64,000 nt of DNA from Candidatus Latescibacterota bacterium (GCA_965217865.1 CBDCJO010000001.1:256001-320000); one strand, 5' to 3'; shown: positions 52,347 to 63,277, counted from the stretch's first letter. The notes: a model not told the origin generated them from the letters alone. A program made the numbers and translations.

Positions 52347-54336
52347 CGTCGACCTGCACTGGATCGCGAACTATATCTGGGGGATCGCCGACGACGTCCT
52401 CCGAGACCTCTACGTCCGCGGCAAGTACCGGGACGTCATCCTGCCGATGACGGTGCTGCGCCGGCTGGACGCGGTGCTGGTGGATAGCAAGCCGAACGTG
52501 CTCGAGATGAAGGCGGTGCTCGACCAGACCGGCGTCGTCGAGCAGAACGTGGCCCTCCGGCAGGCGGCGGGACAGGCCTTCTACAACACCTCGAAGTTCA
52601 CCCTGCGCGACCTCCGGGCCCGCGCTAGCCGGCAGCAGCTCAGGGCCGACTTCGAGGCCTACCTCGACGGCTTCTCGCCCAACGTACAGGACATTCTCGA
52701 GAACTTCGAGTTCCGTAACCAGATCCCGCGGCTCTCGAAGGCCGACGCCTTAGGTACGCTCATCGAGAAGATCACCTCGCCGGACGTCAACCTCAGCCCC
52801 GCCCCGGTAAAGCACGCTGACGGCTCGGTCCGGTATCCCGGCCTCGACAACCACGGCATGGGCTCAATCTTCGAGGAGTTGGTCCGCCGCTTCAACGAGG
52901 AGAACAACGAGGAGGCGGGCGAGCACTGGACGCCGCGCGACGCCGTGCGGCTGATGGCGAAGCTCGTCTTCCTGCCGATCGCCGAGGAGATTAAGTCCGG
53001 CACCTACGTCCTCTACGACGGCGCCTGCGGCACCGGCGGGATGCTCACCGTCGCCGAGGAGACGCTGGGCCAGCTTGCGGCCGAGCGCGGCAAGGACGTC
53101 TCGACGCACCTGTTCGGCCAGGAGATCAACGCCGAGACCTACGCCATCTGCACGGCCGACCTGCTGCTCAAGGGCGAGGGCGAGGCGGCCGACAATATCG
53201 TCGGCGGCCCTGAGCACTCCACCCTCGCCAACGACGCCTTCCCGTCCCGCGAGTTCGACTTCATGCTCTCCAACCCGCCCTACGGCAAGAGCTGGAAGAC
53301 CGACCTGGAGCGCATGGGCGGCAAGAAGGATATGCGCGACCCGCGCTTCGTCATCGAGCACGCCGGCGATCCCGAGTACTCCCTGGTCACCCGCTCCAGC
53401 GACGGTCAGATGCTCTTCCTCGCCAACAAGCTCTCGAAGATGAAGCAGGACACGCCGCTCGGCAGCCGCATCGCCGAGGTGCACAACGGCAGTTCGCTGT
53501 TCACCGGCGATGCCGGCCAGGGCGAGAGCAACATCCGCCGCTGGATCATCGAGAACGACTGGCTGGAGGCGATCGTCGCCCTGCCGCTCAACATGTTCTA
53601 CAACACCGGCATCGCCACCTACATCTGGGTGCTCACCAACCGCAAGCCCGAGCACCGCAAGGGCAGGGTGCAGTTGATCGACGCCACGAAGTGGTACCGG
53701 CCGCTCCGCAAGAACCTCGGCAAGAAGAACTGCGAACTGGGCGAGGACGACACCGCCCGCATCTGCAACGCCTTCCTCGCCTTCGAGGAAACCGAGGAGA
53801 GCCGCATCTTCGACAACGCCGCGTTCGGCTACTGGAAGGTGACGGTCGAACGGCCGTTGCGCATCAAGGCCGCCGACCCGAACCGCGTCTACAAGGCGGC
53901 CGAGATCAAGGCGCTGAAGGAGACCGGCAAGCACAGCGAGGATGCGCCGCCGGTCCTCCGGAAGATCCACAAGCGCGGCACGGAGGCTGACCCGTTGCGT
54001 GGCCTGTTCGCGGCCAACGTTAACGGCCGGCCGGCTGTCGTGGAGTACGAGCCGGATACCGACCTGCGCGACACCGAGCAGATCCCGCTGCAGGAAGACG
54101 GCGGCATCGAGGCGTTCCTGCGGCGCGAGGTCCTGCCGTACGCGGCCGACGTCTGGTACCAGGCGGACAGTGTGAAGGTCGGCTACGAGATCAGCTTCAC
54201 ACGCTACTTCTACAAGCCGAAGCCGATGCGGACGCTGGCCGAAATTCGGGCGGATATTCTGGGGCTGGAGCAGGAGACGGAGGGGCTGCTGGCCGAGATC
54301 CTCGGCAGCGGCGAACAGCGGGAGACGACTACATGA
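52339..54336 (+). CDS. hsdM: Type I R-M methyltransferase
   Basis: IWGIADDVLRD, AGEHWTPRD, YDGACGTGGML, SNPPY. Confidence 0.96.
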   Translation: MSNVDLHWIANYIWGIADDVLRDLYVRGKYRDVILPMTVLRRLDAVLVDSKPNVLEMKAVLDQTGVVEQNVALRQAAGQAFYNTSKFTLRDLRARASRQQLRADFEAYLDGFSPNVQDILENFEFRNQIPRLSKADALGTLIEKITSPDVNLSPAPVKHADGSVRYPGLDNHGMGSIFEELVRRFNEENNEEAGEHWTPRDAVRLMAKLVFLPIAEEIKSGTYVLYDGACGTGGMLTVAEETLGQLAAERGKDVSTHLFGQEINAETYAICTADLLLKGEGEAADNIVGGPEHSTLANDAFPSREFDFMLSNPPYGKSWKTDLERMGGKKDMRDPRFVIEHAGDPEYSLVTRSSDGQMLFLANKLSKMKQDTPLGSRIAEVHNGSSLFTGDAGQGESNIRRWIIENDWLEAIVALPLNMFYNTGIATYIWVLTNRKPEHRKGRVQLIDATKWYRPLRKNLGKKNCELGEDDTARICNAFLAFEETEESRIFDNAAFGYWKVTVERPLRIKAADPNRVYKAAEIKALKETGKHSEDAPPVLRKIHKRGTEADPLRGLFAANVNGRPAVVEYEPDTDLRDTEQIPLQEDGGIEAFLRREVLPYAADVWYQADSVKVGYEISFTRYFYKPKPMRTLAEIRADILGLEQETEGLLAEILGSGEQRETTT

Positions 54337-54545
54337 CCGAGATCATCTTCGAAATCACCGAAGACGAAGTGGACGGCGGGTACTCGGCAAGCGCGCTCGG
54401 GCACGGCATTCACACCCAGGGCGAGTCTGTCGAGGAGATCCGCAGCAACGTCAAGAAGGCCGTCGACTGCTACTTCGACGACACCATGCCGCGACCGAAG
54501 TTGATCCGGTTGCACTTCGTGCGGGACGAGGTTCTCGTGGCATGA
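54333..54545 (+). CDS. hicB: Short HicB-like antitoxin
   Basis: DGGYSASALG..IHTQGESVEEIRSNVKKAV; ATGA overlaps on both sides. Confidence 0.85.
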   Translation: MTEIIFEITEDEVDGGYSASALGHGIHTQGESVEEIRSNVKKAVDCYFDDTMPRPKLIRLHFVRDEVLVA

Positions 54546-54784
54546 AGTTGCCCCGCAACGTGCGCGGCGCGACGCTGCAAGCGTCGCTTCGACGTCTGGG
54601 GTACGACACCGTGCGACAGCGAGGCTCCCACGTGCGGATCACGACGCAGATCAACGGTGAACATCATGAGGTGATCCCGCTGCACACGCCGATCAGGGCA
54701 AAGACGCTGTCGAGCATCCTGAAGAGCGTTGCCCGGCACCACGAAATGACCGTCGAGGAGCTTCTGCGTGAACTCGACCTGTGA
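54542..54784 (+). CDS. hicA: HicA-family mRNA interferase toxin
   Basis: LRRLGY..RQRGSH..IPLH..TLSSILK. Confidence 0.92.
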   Translation: MKLPRNVRGATLQASLRRLGYDTVRQRGSHVRITTQINGEHHEVIPLHTPIRAKTLSSILKSVARHHEMTVEELLRELDL

Positions 54785-56243
54785 ACTCGGCCGCCACGCG
54801 GTACGCGCACTCAAGCCGTACCCGGACTACACGGACTCCGGTGTGGAGTGGTTGGGGAAGGTGCCAGCGCATTGGGAGTTACTGAAGCTGCGGCATGTCT
54901 TGCGACGTCACACGGAGCGGGAGCGACCCGATCTTCCTCTGCTCTCCGTTGTTCGAGAGCAGGGGGTGATCTTGCGAGACACAACGAGTACCGACGAGAA
55001 CCACAACTACATTCCCGATGACCTAAGCAACTACAAGGTCGTGCGTGCCGGCCAGTTCGCCATGAACAAGATGAAGGCGTGGCAAGGCTCGTACGGTGTG
55101 TCATGCCACGATGGAATCGTAAGTCCGGCCTATTTTGTCTTCGACGTGTTGGGGTTAGAGGTCGATTTCTTCCACGCAGCCATTCGCTCTCGTGCATACG
55201 TTCCAGCATTCACGCGGGCATCCGACGGCGTGCGGATCGGTCAGTGGGACTTGGCAGAGGCACGGATGCGGGAGATCCAGTTTCTAGTGCCGCCCGCGGC
55301 TGAACAAGCCGCCATCGTCCGCTTCCTCGACCACGCCGACCGGCGCATCCGGCGCCACATCCGCGCCCAGCAGAAGCTGATCGCGCTGCTGGAGGAGCAG
55401 AAGCAGGCCATCATCCACCAGGCCGTTACGGGCCAGATTGACGTTCGCACCGGGAAGCCGTACCAGGCCTACAAGCCCTCCGGCGTGGAGTGGCTGGGGG
55501 ACGTGCCGGCGCATTGGCAAGTGAGACGGCTCCGTTACCTGATCAAGGGGAGGTTGACTTATGGTGCCAACGCTGCTGCAGAACACACCGACCCAGCGTG
55601 GCCTCGTTATTTGCGGATAACTGACTTTTCGAAGAACGGGACACTACGGAAAGATACCTTCCGTTCCCTCCCGCCGCAAACAGCGAAGGACTATCTTGTG
55701 GAACCAGGCGACGTGCTACTCGCACGAAGCGGGGCGACTGTGGGTAAGGCGTTTCTGGTAGAAGAGGCGGCCGGGGTTGCGTGTCATGCTGGCTACCTGA
55801 TCCGAGTCCGGCTCAACCGTTCGATCCTGCACCCGGCCTTCTTCTTTGCGTTCACTCAAAGTGCGGCGTTTGCCATGTGGAAGGATGCCACCTTTATAAT
55901 CGCCACAATCCAAAACATTGGAGCTGACAGATACGCTGACCTGTCAGTCCCTGTTCCTCCAATCTCGGAACAAGAGCTTCTACTGCGCTTCTTGGATGAG
56001 TCCACGGCGGATATTGATCGTGCGGTGGAACGCGCCGAGGTTGAGATGGCTCTTCTCCGTGAATACCGCACTCGCCTAATCACCGATGTGGTCACCGGGA
56101 AGCTCGACGTGCGGGAGGTGGCGGCACGACTCCCTGACGAGGTCGAGGAACTGGAGCCGCTCGACGAGGCGGATGCCTTGATCGACGGCGAGGAAGAGCC
56201 CTCCGACGATCTCGACGCTGTGCCCGAGGAGGTCGAGGTGTGA
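54768..56243 (+). CDS. hsdS: Type I R-M specificity subunit
   Basis: Duplicated (Y)KPSGVEWLG.VPAHW and PP..EQ..I conserved regions around two TRDs; start uncertain. Confidence 0.95.
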   Translation: MNSTCELGRHAVRALKPYPDYTDSGVEWLGKVPAHWELLKLRHVLRRHTERERPDLPLLSVVREQGVILRDTTSTDENHNYIPDDLSNYKVVRAGQFAMNKMKAWQGSYGVSCHDGIVSPAYFVFDVLGLEVDFFHAAIRSRAYVPAFTRASDGVRIGQWDLAEARMREIQFLVPPAAEQAAIVRFLDHADRRIRRHIRAQQKLIALLEEQKQAIIHQAVTGQIDVRTGKPYQAYKPSGVEWLGDVPAHWQVRRLRYLIKGRLTYGANAAAEHTDPAWPRYLRITDFSKNGTLRKDTFRSLPPQTAKDYLVEPGDVLLARSGATVGKAFLVEEAAGVACHAGYLIRVRLNRSILHPAFFFAFTQSAAFAMWKDATFIIATIQNIGADRYADLSVPVPPISEQELLLRFLDESTADIDRAVERAEVEMALLREYRTRLITDVVTGKLDVREVAARLPDEVEELEPLDEADALIDGEEEPSDDLDAVPEEVEV

Positions 56244-59239
56244 CGACCGACACCTCCGAACGCGGCCTCGAACGGCTGATCTGCACGGCGCTGGCCGGGC
56301 ATGCCTGTGATCCGCCGCAGGCGGGGCAGGTCTCGGAGCCGCACGTGGGTTACGGCGGCGTGGGGTGGAGCGGTGGCAGTTCGCACGACTACGACCGCGA
56401 GTTTTGTGTCGACCGCGTTCAGCTTACCGCGTTCCTGCGCGCGACCCAACCGGAGGCGGCCGAGTCGCTGGCGCTGGACGAGGACGGTCCGATGCGGCGC
56501 AAGTTCTTGGCGCGGCTGCAGGGCGAGATCGCCAAGCGCGGCACCATCGACGTGCTGCGCCACGGCCTCAGGCACGGCGCGCACGACCTGGACATCTTCT
56601 ACGGTACTCCGTCACCAGGGAACGTGCAGTCGCAGCAGCGCTTCGAGCAGAACCGCTTCACCGTCGTCCGGCAGCTTCGCTACAGCCGCGACGACATCCA
56701 ACGGGCGCTCGACATCGGCCTCTTCATCAACGGCCTGCCGGTCTTCACGTTCGAGCTGAAGAACAGCCTCACCAAGCAGACCGTTAACGATGCGGTGTGG
56801 CAGTACCAGAAGGACCGCAACCCCCGCGAGAAGCTGTTTGAGTTCGGCCGCTGCGTGGCCCACTTCGCGGTGGACGAGAGCGACGTGCGCTTCTGCACCC
56901 ACATCAAGGGGAAGGCGTCCTGGTTCCTGCCGTTCAACCGGGGCTGGAACGACGGCGCCGGTAATCCGCCCAACCCGAGCGGCATCAAGACCGACTACCT
57001 GTGGCGCGAGGTACTGACTCGCGAGAGCCTGACCGACATCCTGGAGAACTACGCCCAGGTGGTGGAGGCGAAGGACGAGAAGACCGGCAAGAAAAAGCGG
57101 ACGCAGATTTGGCCGCGCTACCAACAGCTCGACGTGGTGCGCCGGCTGCTGGCCGACGCCGCGACGCACGGGGCTGGCCGGCGCTACCTGATCCAGCACT
57201 CGGCGGGCAGCGGGAAGAGCAACTCCATCGCTTGGCTGGCCCACCAACTGATCGGACTCGCGAAGGACGACGCTTCGACCTTCGACTCGATCATCGTGGT
57301 CACCGACAGGCGCATCCTCGACCGGCAGATCCGCGACACCATCAAGCAGTACGCCCAGGTCGGCGCGACGGTGGGGCACGCGGAGCGCTCCGGAGACCTG
57401 CACCGGTTCATCGAGGCCGGCAAGAAGATCATCATCTCGACGGTTCAGAAGTTCCCCTTCATCCTCGACGAGATCGGCAACGAGCAGCGCGGGCAGCGCT
57501 TCGCCATCATTATCGACGAGGCGCACTCCAGCCAGGGTGGGCGCACCTCGGCGTCCATCTCGGCCGCGCTTGGGACAGCCGGTGAAGAGGCCGAGGAGGA
57601 GACCACCGAGGACCACATCAACCGCCTGATGGAGTCGCGCAAGCTGCTCCCGAACGCCAGCTACTTCGCGTTCACCGCCACCCCGAAGAACAAGACGCTG
57701 GAGATCTTCGGCGCGCCGGACCCGCAGCCCGGCGGCGCGGTCAGGCACCACGCCTTCCACAGCTACACCATGAAGCAGGCAATCCAGGAGGGGTTCATCC
57801 TGGACGTGCTGGCGCACTACACGCCGGTGGCCAGCTACTACCGGCTTGCCAAAACGGTGGAGGACGACCCGGAGTTCGACGTCAAGAAGGCGCAGAAGAA
57901 GCTGCGGCGCTTCGTCGAGGGCCACGACCACGCGATCCGCCTCAAGGCCGAGATCATGGTCGACCACTTCCACGAGCAGGTCATCGCCAAGAACAAGATC
58001 GGCGGCGAGGCGCGGGCGATGGTGGTCACCAACGGCATCGAGCGCACGATCCAGTACTTCCACGCCATCCGCGACTACCTGCAGGAGCGCAAGAGCCAGT
58101 ACCGGGCCATCGTGGCCTTCTCCGGCGAGCCCGAGTTCGGCGGCGAGAAGGTGACCGAGGCGTCGCTGAACGGCTTTCCGTCCGGCCAGATCGCCGACAA
58201 GATCCAGCAGGATCCGTACCGCTTCCTGATCTGCGTCGACAAGTTCCAGACCGGCTACGACGAGCCGTTGCTGCACACGATGTACGTGGACAAGACGCTG
58301 TCTGGCATCAAGGCGGTGCAGACCCTGTCGCGCCTCAACCGGGCGCATCCGAAGAAGCACGATGTCTTCGTGCTGGACTTCCTCAACGACGCCGACACCA
58401 TCCGCGATGCCTTCACCGACTACTACCGCGCGACGATCCTCGCCAGCGAGACCAATCCAGACAAGCTCCACGACCTGCAGGCGGACCTGGATGCCGCCCA
58501 GGTCTACTCACCCGAGCAGATCGACGACTTCGTCGAGCGCTACCTCGACGGGGCCGAGCGCGACCAATTGGATCCGATCCTCGACGCCTGCGTGGCGGTC
58601 TATCGGAAAGACCTGGACGAGGACGGGCAGGTGGACTTCAAGGGCAAGGCCAAGGCATTCGCGCGGACCTACGGCTTCCTGTCGTGCGTCCTGCCCTACA
58701 CGAACGCCGCGTGGGAGAAGCGCTCGATCTTCCTGAACTTCCTGATCTCGAAGCTGCCGGCGCCCAAGGAGGAGGACCTCTCCAAGGGCATCCTCGACGC
58801 CATCGACATGGACAGCTATCGGGTCGAGAAGCGCGCGGTGCAGCAGATCCTGCTGCCCGACGAGAATGCCGAGATCGCACCCGTGCCACCGAGCGGCGGC
58901 GGCCACGTGCCGGAGCCGGAGCTGGAGCGGCTCTCGAGCATCTTGAGAGAGTTCAATGATCTGTTCGGTGCCATCGCGTGGCAGGACACCGACCGTGTGA
59001 AGGAGATGATCACGGAGACCATTCCTTTTCGAGTAGCCCAGGACGCTGCGTTCAAGAACGCTCGCCAGAACTCCGATCAGGACAATGCTCGCATTGAGCA
59101 CGGCAAGGCGCTCACTCGTGTCATGACGGCGCTAATCAAGGATGATGCCGAACTGTTCAAGCAATTCATGGACAACGACAGCTTCAAGCGTTGGATGACT
59201 GAGACCGTGTTCGGCTTGGCCTGTAAGCAGGCCAGTTGA
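56240..59239 (+). CDS. hsdR: Type I R-M restriction subunit
   Basis: NGLPVFTFELKN, HSAGSGKS, DEAH, FTATP, KFQTGYDEP, QTLSRLNR. Confidence 0.97.
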   Translation: MTTDTSERGLERLICTALAGHACDPPQAGQVSEPHVGYGGVGWSGGSSHDYDREFCVDRVQLTAFLRATQPEAAESLALDEDGPMRRKFLARLQGEIAKRGTIDVLRHGLRHGAHDLDIFYGTPSPGNVQSQQRFEQNRFTVVRQLRYSRDDIQRALDIGLFINGLPVFTFELKNSLTKQTVNDAVWQYQKDRNPREKLFEFGRCVAHFAVDESDVRFCTHIKGKASWFLPFNRGWNDGAGNPPNPSGIKTDYLWREVLTRESLTDILENYAQVVEAKDEKTGKKKRTQIWPRYQQLDVVRRLLADAATHGAGRRYLIQHSAGSGKSNSIAWLAHQLIGLAKDDASTFDSIIVVTDRRILDRQIRDTIKQYAQVGATVGHAERSGDLHRFIEAGKKIIISTVQKFPFILDEIGNEQRGQRFAIIIDEAHSSQGGRTSASISAALGTAGEEAEEETTEDHINRLMESRKLLPNASYFAFTATPKNKTLEIFGAPDPQPGGAVRHHAFHSYTMKQAIQEGFILDVLAHYTPVASYYRLAKTVEDDPEFDVKKAQKKLRRFVEGHDHAIRLKAEIMVDHFHEQVIAKNKIGGEARAMVVTNGIERTIQYFHAIRDYLQERKSQYRAIVAFSGEPEFGGEKVTEASLNGFPSGQIADKIQQDPYRFLICVDKFQTGYDEPLLHTMYVDKTLSGIKAVQTLSRLNRAHPKKHDVFVLDFLNDADTIRDAFTDYYRATILASETNPDKLHDLQADLDAAQVYSPEQIDDFVERYLDGAERDQLDPILDACVAVYRKDLDEDGQVDFKGKAKAFARTYGFLSCVLPYTNAAWEKRSIFLNFLISKLPAPKEEDLSKGILDAIDMDSYRVEKRAVQQILLPDENAEIAPVPPSGGGHVPEPELERLSSILREFNDLFGAIAWQDTDRVKEMITETIPFRVAQDAAFKNARQNSDQDNARIEHGKALTRVMTALIKDDAELFKQFMDNDSFKRWMTETVFGLACKQAS

Positions 59240-59479
59240 CGGCTGGCCGTGCGGGATGCCTCAGTGCTGGCTGTGATGCGACGTTTGGCTACCGAAATAC
59301 CACCGCTACGGGTATCGTCGGATTCGGGCGTAGCCGATCAGCATGTGTCGTAAACGGCCGTTTGCGACACACGGGCGAAGACCCCTTCCGGTACGCGCCG
59401 CCGTGTGTCGTATCCCGTGTCTGATTCTATGTCTTGCAGACGTCGAGCGCGTGTGCCAGTGCCGTGCGCCGAACGCGCC

Positions 59480-59580
59480 CTGCGCCATGGATCTCCACGC
59501 GGGGAACGTTCTGAGCGCACAGCGAGAGCCATGGCTCGTGATCGACCCGAAGCCTTTCGTCGGAGACCGTGCCTACGACG
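59480..59580 (+). pseudogene. Aminoglycoside/hydroxyurea kinase (APH(6)-like) fragment
   Basis: HG/DLHAGNVLSAQREPWLVIDPKPFVGDRAYD. Confidence 0.7.
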
Positions 59581-59730
59581 CATCGTCCGGATTTTCTCAT
59601 CCGGCTCACGTCGGGTGCCATGTTGGTATTGAAAACCAAGGGCCAGGACACCGATCAAGACCGAACCAAGCGCCGGTTCCTCCAGGAATGGGTCACCGCC
59701 ATCAACGCCCATGGCGGCTTCGGTCGCTGA
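59581..59730 (+). pseudogene. Type III restriction (Res) C-terminal nuclease fragment
   Basis: RPDFLIRLTSGAMLVLKTKGQDTDQDRTKRRFLQEWVTAINAHGGFGR*. Confidence 0.7.
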
Positions 59731-59809
59731 ATCACGTGCGTATTGGCGTTTCCCTCGGCCCCGAACCGACCGAACGTGGAGTGACTCTTCCGACAAGGAG
59801 TGACCATCG

Positions 59810-61522
59810 ATGGGCAAGGCTGAAGCGAGTGTCGAAGAGCTAGTCGGGATGATTGAGCGCGGCGAGCTGCGCTTGCCCGAGATGCAGCGCCGCTACGTCT
59901 GGCGATCGACGCGCGTTCGTGACTTGTTCGATTCGCTGTATCGCGGCTATCCGTCCGGCGCGATTCTGCTCTGGGAGACGGACGAGTCGGTTCCGTTGCA
60001 GGAGTTCGCGATCGAGCAGGAAGGGAACCCCTACCAGAGCACACGCCTGCTTCTGGATGGACAGCAGCGCCTCACCGCCCTTTCGGCCGTGATTCGGGGC
60101 AAACCAGTCGTCGTCCGCAGGCGTCGGAAACCGATTGAGCTGCTCTTCAATCTAGAGCATCCCGAAGGTCTAACCGTTGTGACCGAGGTGAACGAAGACG
60201 GACCAGACGAGGAAGAGGAGGAGCAGGAGCTGATCGCGGATGAGGTCGATTCAAGCGAGGACGAGCTTCAAAAGCGCTTCAATCGCATGACCTTCGTGGT
60301 CGCAACCAAGAAGCTTTACCAGCTCGAGCAATGGGTGAAGGTTTCCGAAGTCTTCAAGAGCGACAGTGACCGTCCGTTCTTGAAGCGCGCAGGTATCACG
60401 GATCTGGACGATCCCCGTGGGGAGAAGTACAGCCAGCGCCTCGCCCGGCTGCGCGCCATCCGCAAGTACATGTACCGGATGGACGTTCTGGAGCGCTCAC
60501 TGTCGTACGACGAAGTTACCGAGATCTTCGTGCGAGTGAACTCGCTTGGCGCCAAACTGCGCAGCTCCGATCTCGCGCTGGCGCAGATCACCGCCAAGTG
60601 GCACGGCGCACTGAAGACCTTTCAGGGCTTTCAGGAACAGTGTGCCAAGGCCGGCTTCGACCTCGATCTCGGCCTCCACCTCAAGAACCTGGTGGCTTTC
60701 GCCACAGGGCGGTCACGGTTCCTCACGGTGGGCAGTCTTCCGGTTGAAACACTGCGACGAGCCTGGAAGGAGTGTGTTCCAGGAATGGAGTTCGCCCTCA
60801 ACTTTCTCACTAGCAACGCGGGTCTCAACAGCCCGGCACTGCTGTCGTCCCCGTTCCTACTCGTCGCGCTCGGCTACTTCGCCTACAAGCGTCAGTACCA
60901 GATCGAAGCCAAGGAAGCAGAGCGACTCCGCTATTGGGTGCTTGTCGCGAACGCGAAGGGGCGTTATTCACGCGGATCAAGTGAAACACTCCTCGACCAA
61001 GACCTTGCGACCGTGCGTCAGGGTGGCGGCGCAGTCGAACTCATCAACCGCCTCAGGCTGCAGGTCGGGCGGCTCGACATCGCTCCCGAAGAACTTGAAG
61101 GGCGAAACCAGCGCAGCGCCCTCTTCAAGACGATGTTCCTGGCATTTCGGGATGCCGGGGCTCGCGATTGGCACTCGAATCTGGCCATCGCGTTGGGACA
61201 TCGTGGCTCGCAACACCGCCTCCAGTTCCACCATGTATTCCCGAAGGCCGTGCTGAAGAGCCGTTACACTGCGCGCGAGGCTGACGACATCGCCAATCTC
61301 GCCTTCATCGGCGGCAAGACCAATCGCCAGCTCCGCGAGAAGCCCCCCGGTCAGTATTTCCCGACGCTACTCGGAAAGTCAGGATCGGCAGCGTTCGAGA
61401 TTCAGTGCATGCCCACTGACGCCGCTCTCCTTGAAGTCGAAGCCTACAAGAGCTTCCTCGCGGAGCGGCGAAAGCGCATCGCTGCGCGTTTGAACGAATT
61501 CATCGGAAACGCGCAGACATAA
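59810..61522 (+). CDS. GmrSD-like (DUF262 + HNH-like) type IV restriction protein
   Basis: LPEMQRRYVW, LLDGQQRLT, IFVRVNSLG, QFHHVFP, DIANL; AAGGAG RBS. Confidence 0.92.
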   Translation: MGKAEASVEELVGMIERGELRLPEMQRRYVWRSTRVRDLFDSLYRGYPSGAILLWETDESVPLQEFAIEQEGNPYQSTRLLLDGQQRLTALSAVIRGKPVVVRRRRKPIELLFNLEHPEGLTVVTEVNEDGPDEEEEEQELIADEVDSSEDELQKRFNRMTFVVATKKLYQLEQWVKVSEVFKSDSDRPFLKRAGITDLDDPRGEKYSQRLARLRAIRKYMYRMDVLERSLSYDEVTEIFVRVNSLGAKLRSSDLALAQITAKWHGALKTFQGFQEQCAKAGFDLDLGLHLKNLVAFATGRSRFLTVGSLPVETLRRAWKECVPGMEFALNFLTSNAGLNSPALLSSPFLLVALGYFAYKRQYQIEAKEAERLRYWVLVANAKGRYSRGSSETLLDQDLATVRQGGGAVELINRLRLQVGRLDIAPEELEGRNQRSALFKTMFLAFRDAGARDWHSNLAIALGHRGSQHRLQFHHVFPKAVLKSRYTAREADDIANLAFIGGKTNRQLREKPPGQYFPTLLGKSGSAAFEIQCMPTDAALLEVEAYKSFLAERRKRIAARLNEFIGNAQT

Positions 61523-61767
61523 TGACGGCAGAACGAGTTTGATGCTCATCGACATGTCGCCGTGTTCCGTATCTCTAGGGCTGGTATTTAAGGACGCCAA
61601 ACAGATGGCAAAAATACGTTTCTGAGATTGCCGGGCGCTTCGGATACTTCCCAGCCAGCAAACCGGCATTGGTCGGCACAGAGGGGATACAATAATCGTC
61701 CACAGGGCATCGGATTCTCTCCGTGTGTGACTTTATTCAGGAATCCGGGCAATAATGCGGAACCTTC

Positions 61768-61992
61768 AGAAAAGCGACCGTGGGGGGGACAGTGGAGCGG
61801 GACAGTGGAATTGCAACAATGGAGTGCGACAGCCACACGAATAGGGGGGGATTCAGGGAGTTCCTTCAAGATGTTGTCTAATGCGGGGAGTTCCTTCAGT
61901 GCCTTCAGGTCGAACGTGGGGAGGGGGAAGTCCTTCCAGGGATCATCGAGCATCTTCTCCCTCACGAGCTTGAGTTTCAGCTTCCTTCGGCG
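61768..61992. repeat. Element left-end sequence, copy 2
   Basis: Homologous to 37733-37961. Confidence 0.9.
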
Positions 61993-62881
61993 CAGACTCT
62001 TCGGCCACATCTGGTCGATGGTCTGGATAAGCCCATCGGCTCCGTCGGTCGTGACGAACAGGGGTGCCGGTAAACCACGCCGGTCGAGATCCCGGACGAA
62101 CTCAAGCCATGCCTCGCCGCTTTCTTTGCTGCCCAGACCCAGGGAGACCAGAACTTTCCGGCCGTCCAGTGTGATGCCCCAGGCGCACAGCACGGCCTCC
62201 CGGGTGATGCCGTGGGTACGAAGCGGCTCGTACAGGCCGTCCAGGAACAGGCACAGGAGAGGAAAGTCGCTGAGATCGCGTTCCTGGAAGGCCTGGTATT
62301 GTTCCCAAAGGACTTCGGTGACTTCGCTGACCTTGCTGCGGCTAAGCAGGCAACGCCCCTGCTCATCAGTGAAGGCGTCCTCGATGTCCCGGGTAGACAG
62401 TCCACGCGCGTACATCTCGGTTGCCAGGCGCTGCACCATCCCTGAGTCACCGCGCAGAAGAATCGTAAAGGCTGCACCGGTAGGGCTCCTCTGGATCCCT
62501 GACCTGAGGAATCGCGACCTCGAGGCGGCCTTCGGCAGTATCCAGATAGCCCGGCTCATAGCCGCTACGGTAGCCTCGACGACCTTCACCGCGTTTATAC
62601 CGATCGACACCCAGGTGGTCCCGCTGATGCGCCTCAAAACCCTCCTGGCAGATCAGCCGGGTGGACAACTGAACTAGCTGAGTCAACGCCTCCTGGGCGC
62701 TCTCGACATCCTGGAGTCCTTCGATGAACTCCTTCAATTCCTTGCGCAATCTATCACTCGGAGCTATCTTCTTCATACGGCGTGACTCCTTCCTTTTGCC
62801 CACTCGGGGCGTCGAGGTTTTTGGGGACCTCTGGAAGATAGCTCACGCCGCTTCTTTTTGCAGGAAATCTAAGACATTACC
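61990..62881 (-). mobile_element. IS256-family element, frameshifted and 3'-truncated
   Basis: GYRSGY, EMYARGLSTRDI, LFLDG, ES..W, TTDG; terminal IR GGTAATGTCTTAGATTTCCTGC with outer end at 62881; ATG at 62776. Confidence 0.92.
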
Positions 62882-63116
62882 GCTTATCAATTCATCGGTG
62901 GAATTGGATATAATATCAGCGATATTACTATTCTTACAGTCGGTTACCGCTACTTCGCCACAACGACTCTTGAATTTAAAGAGTTCTGGGCATATGATTT
63001 CACGAGCGAAACTAATATAGAAATCCACAGTATTGAAATGGGATTACGATTTTATTTCTGACAAAGATACAAATCAATGATGACGATCTGGCAGAAGGGC
63101 TTTTCGGATCATAGAC

Positions 63117-63277
63117 AGGGGACCGTGACGGACAGTCGCTGTCCCGCTCTATCGTCCCACGCGAGACCGCCCGTTATTCGGCTTCCTGGCCACGGGAACC
63201 GGGCCGCCCTGCTGCTTTCTGGCCTTATCATGGGTTGGACCCACCCGCGTCCGGGACGATCACCCAGCAGAAAGCGC
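63117..63277. repeat. Element right-end sequence, copy 2
   Basis: Homologous to 43805-43914; 63171-63215 is identical to 43491-43535. Confidence 0.88.

Noticed and set aside
52864-59101. Long minus-strand ORFs (368, 619, 197 aa)
   Set aside because: Antisense shadows of hsdM and hsdR
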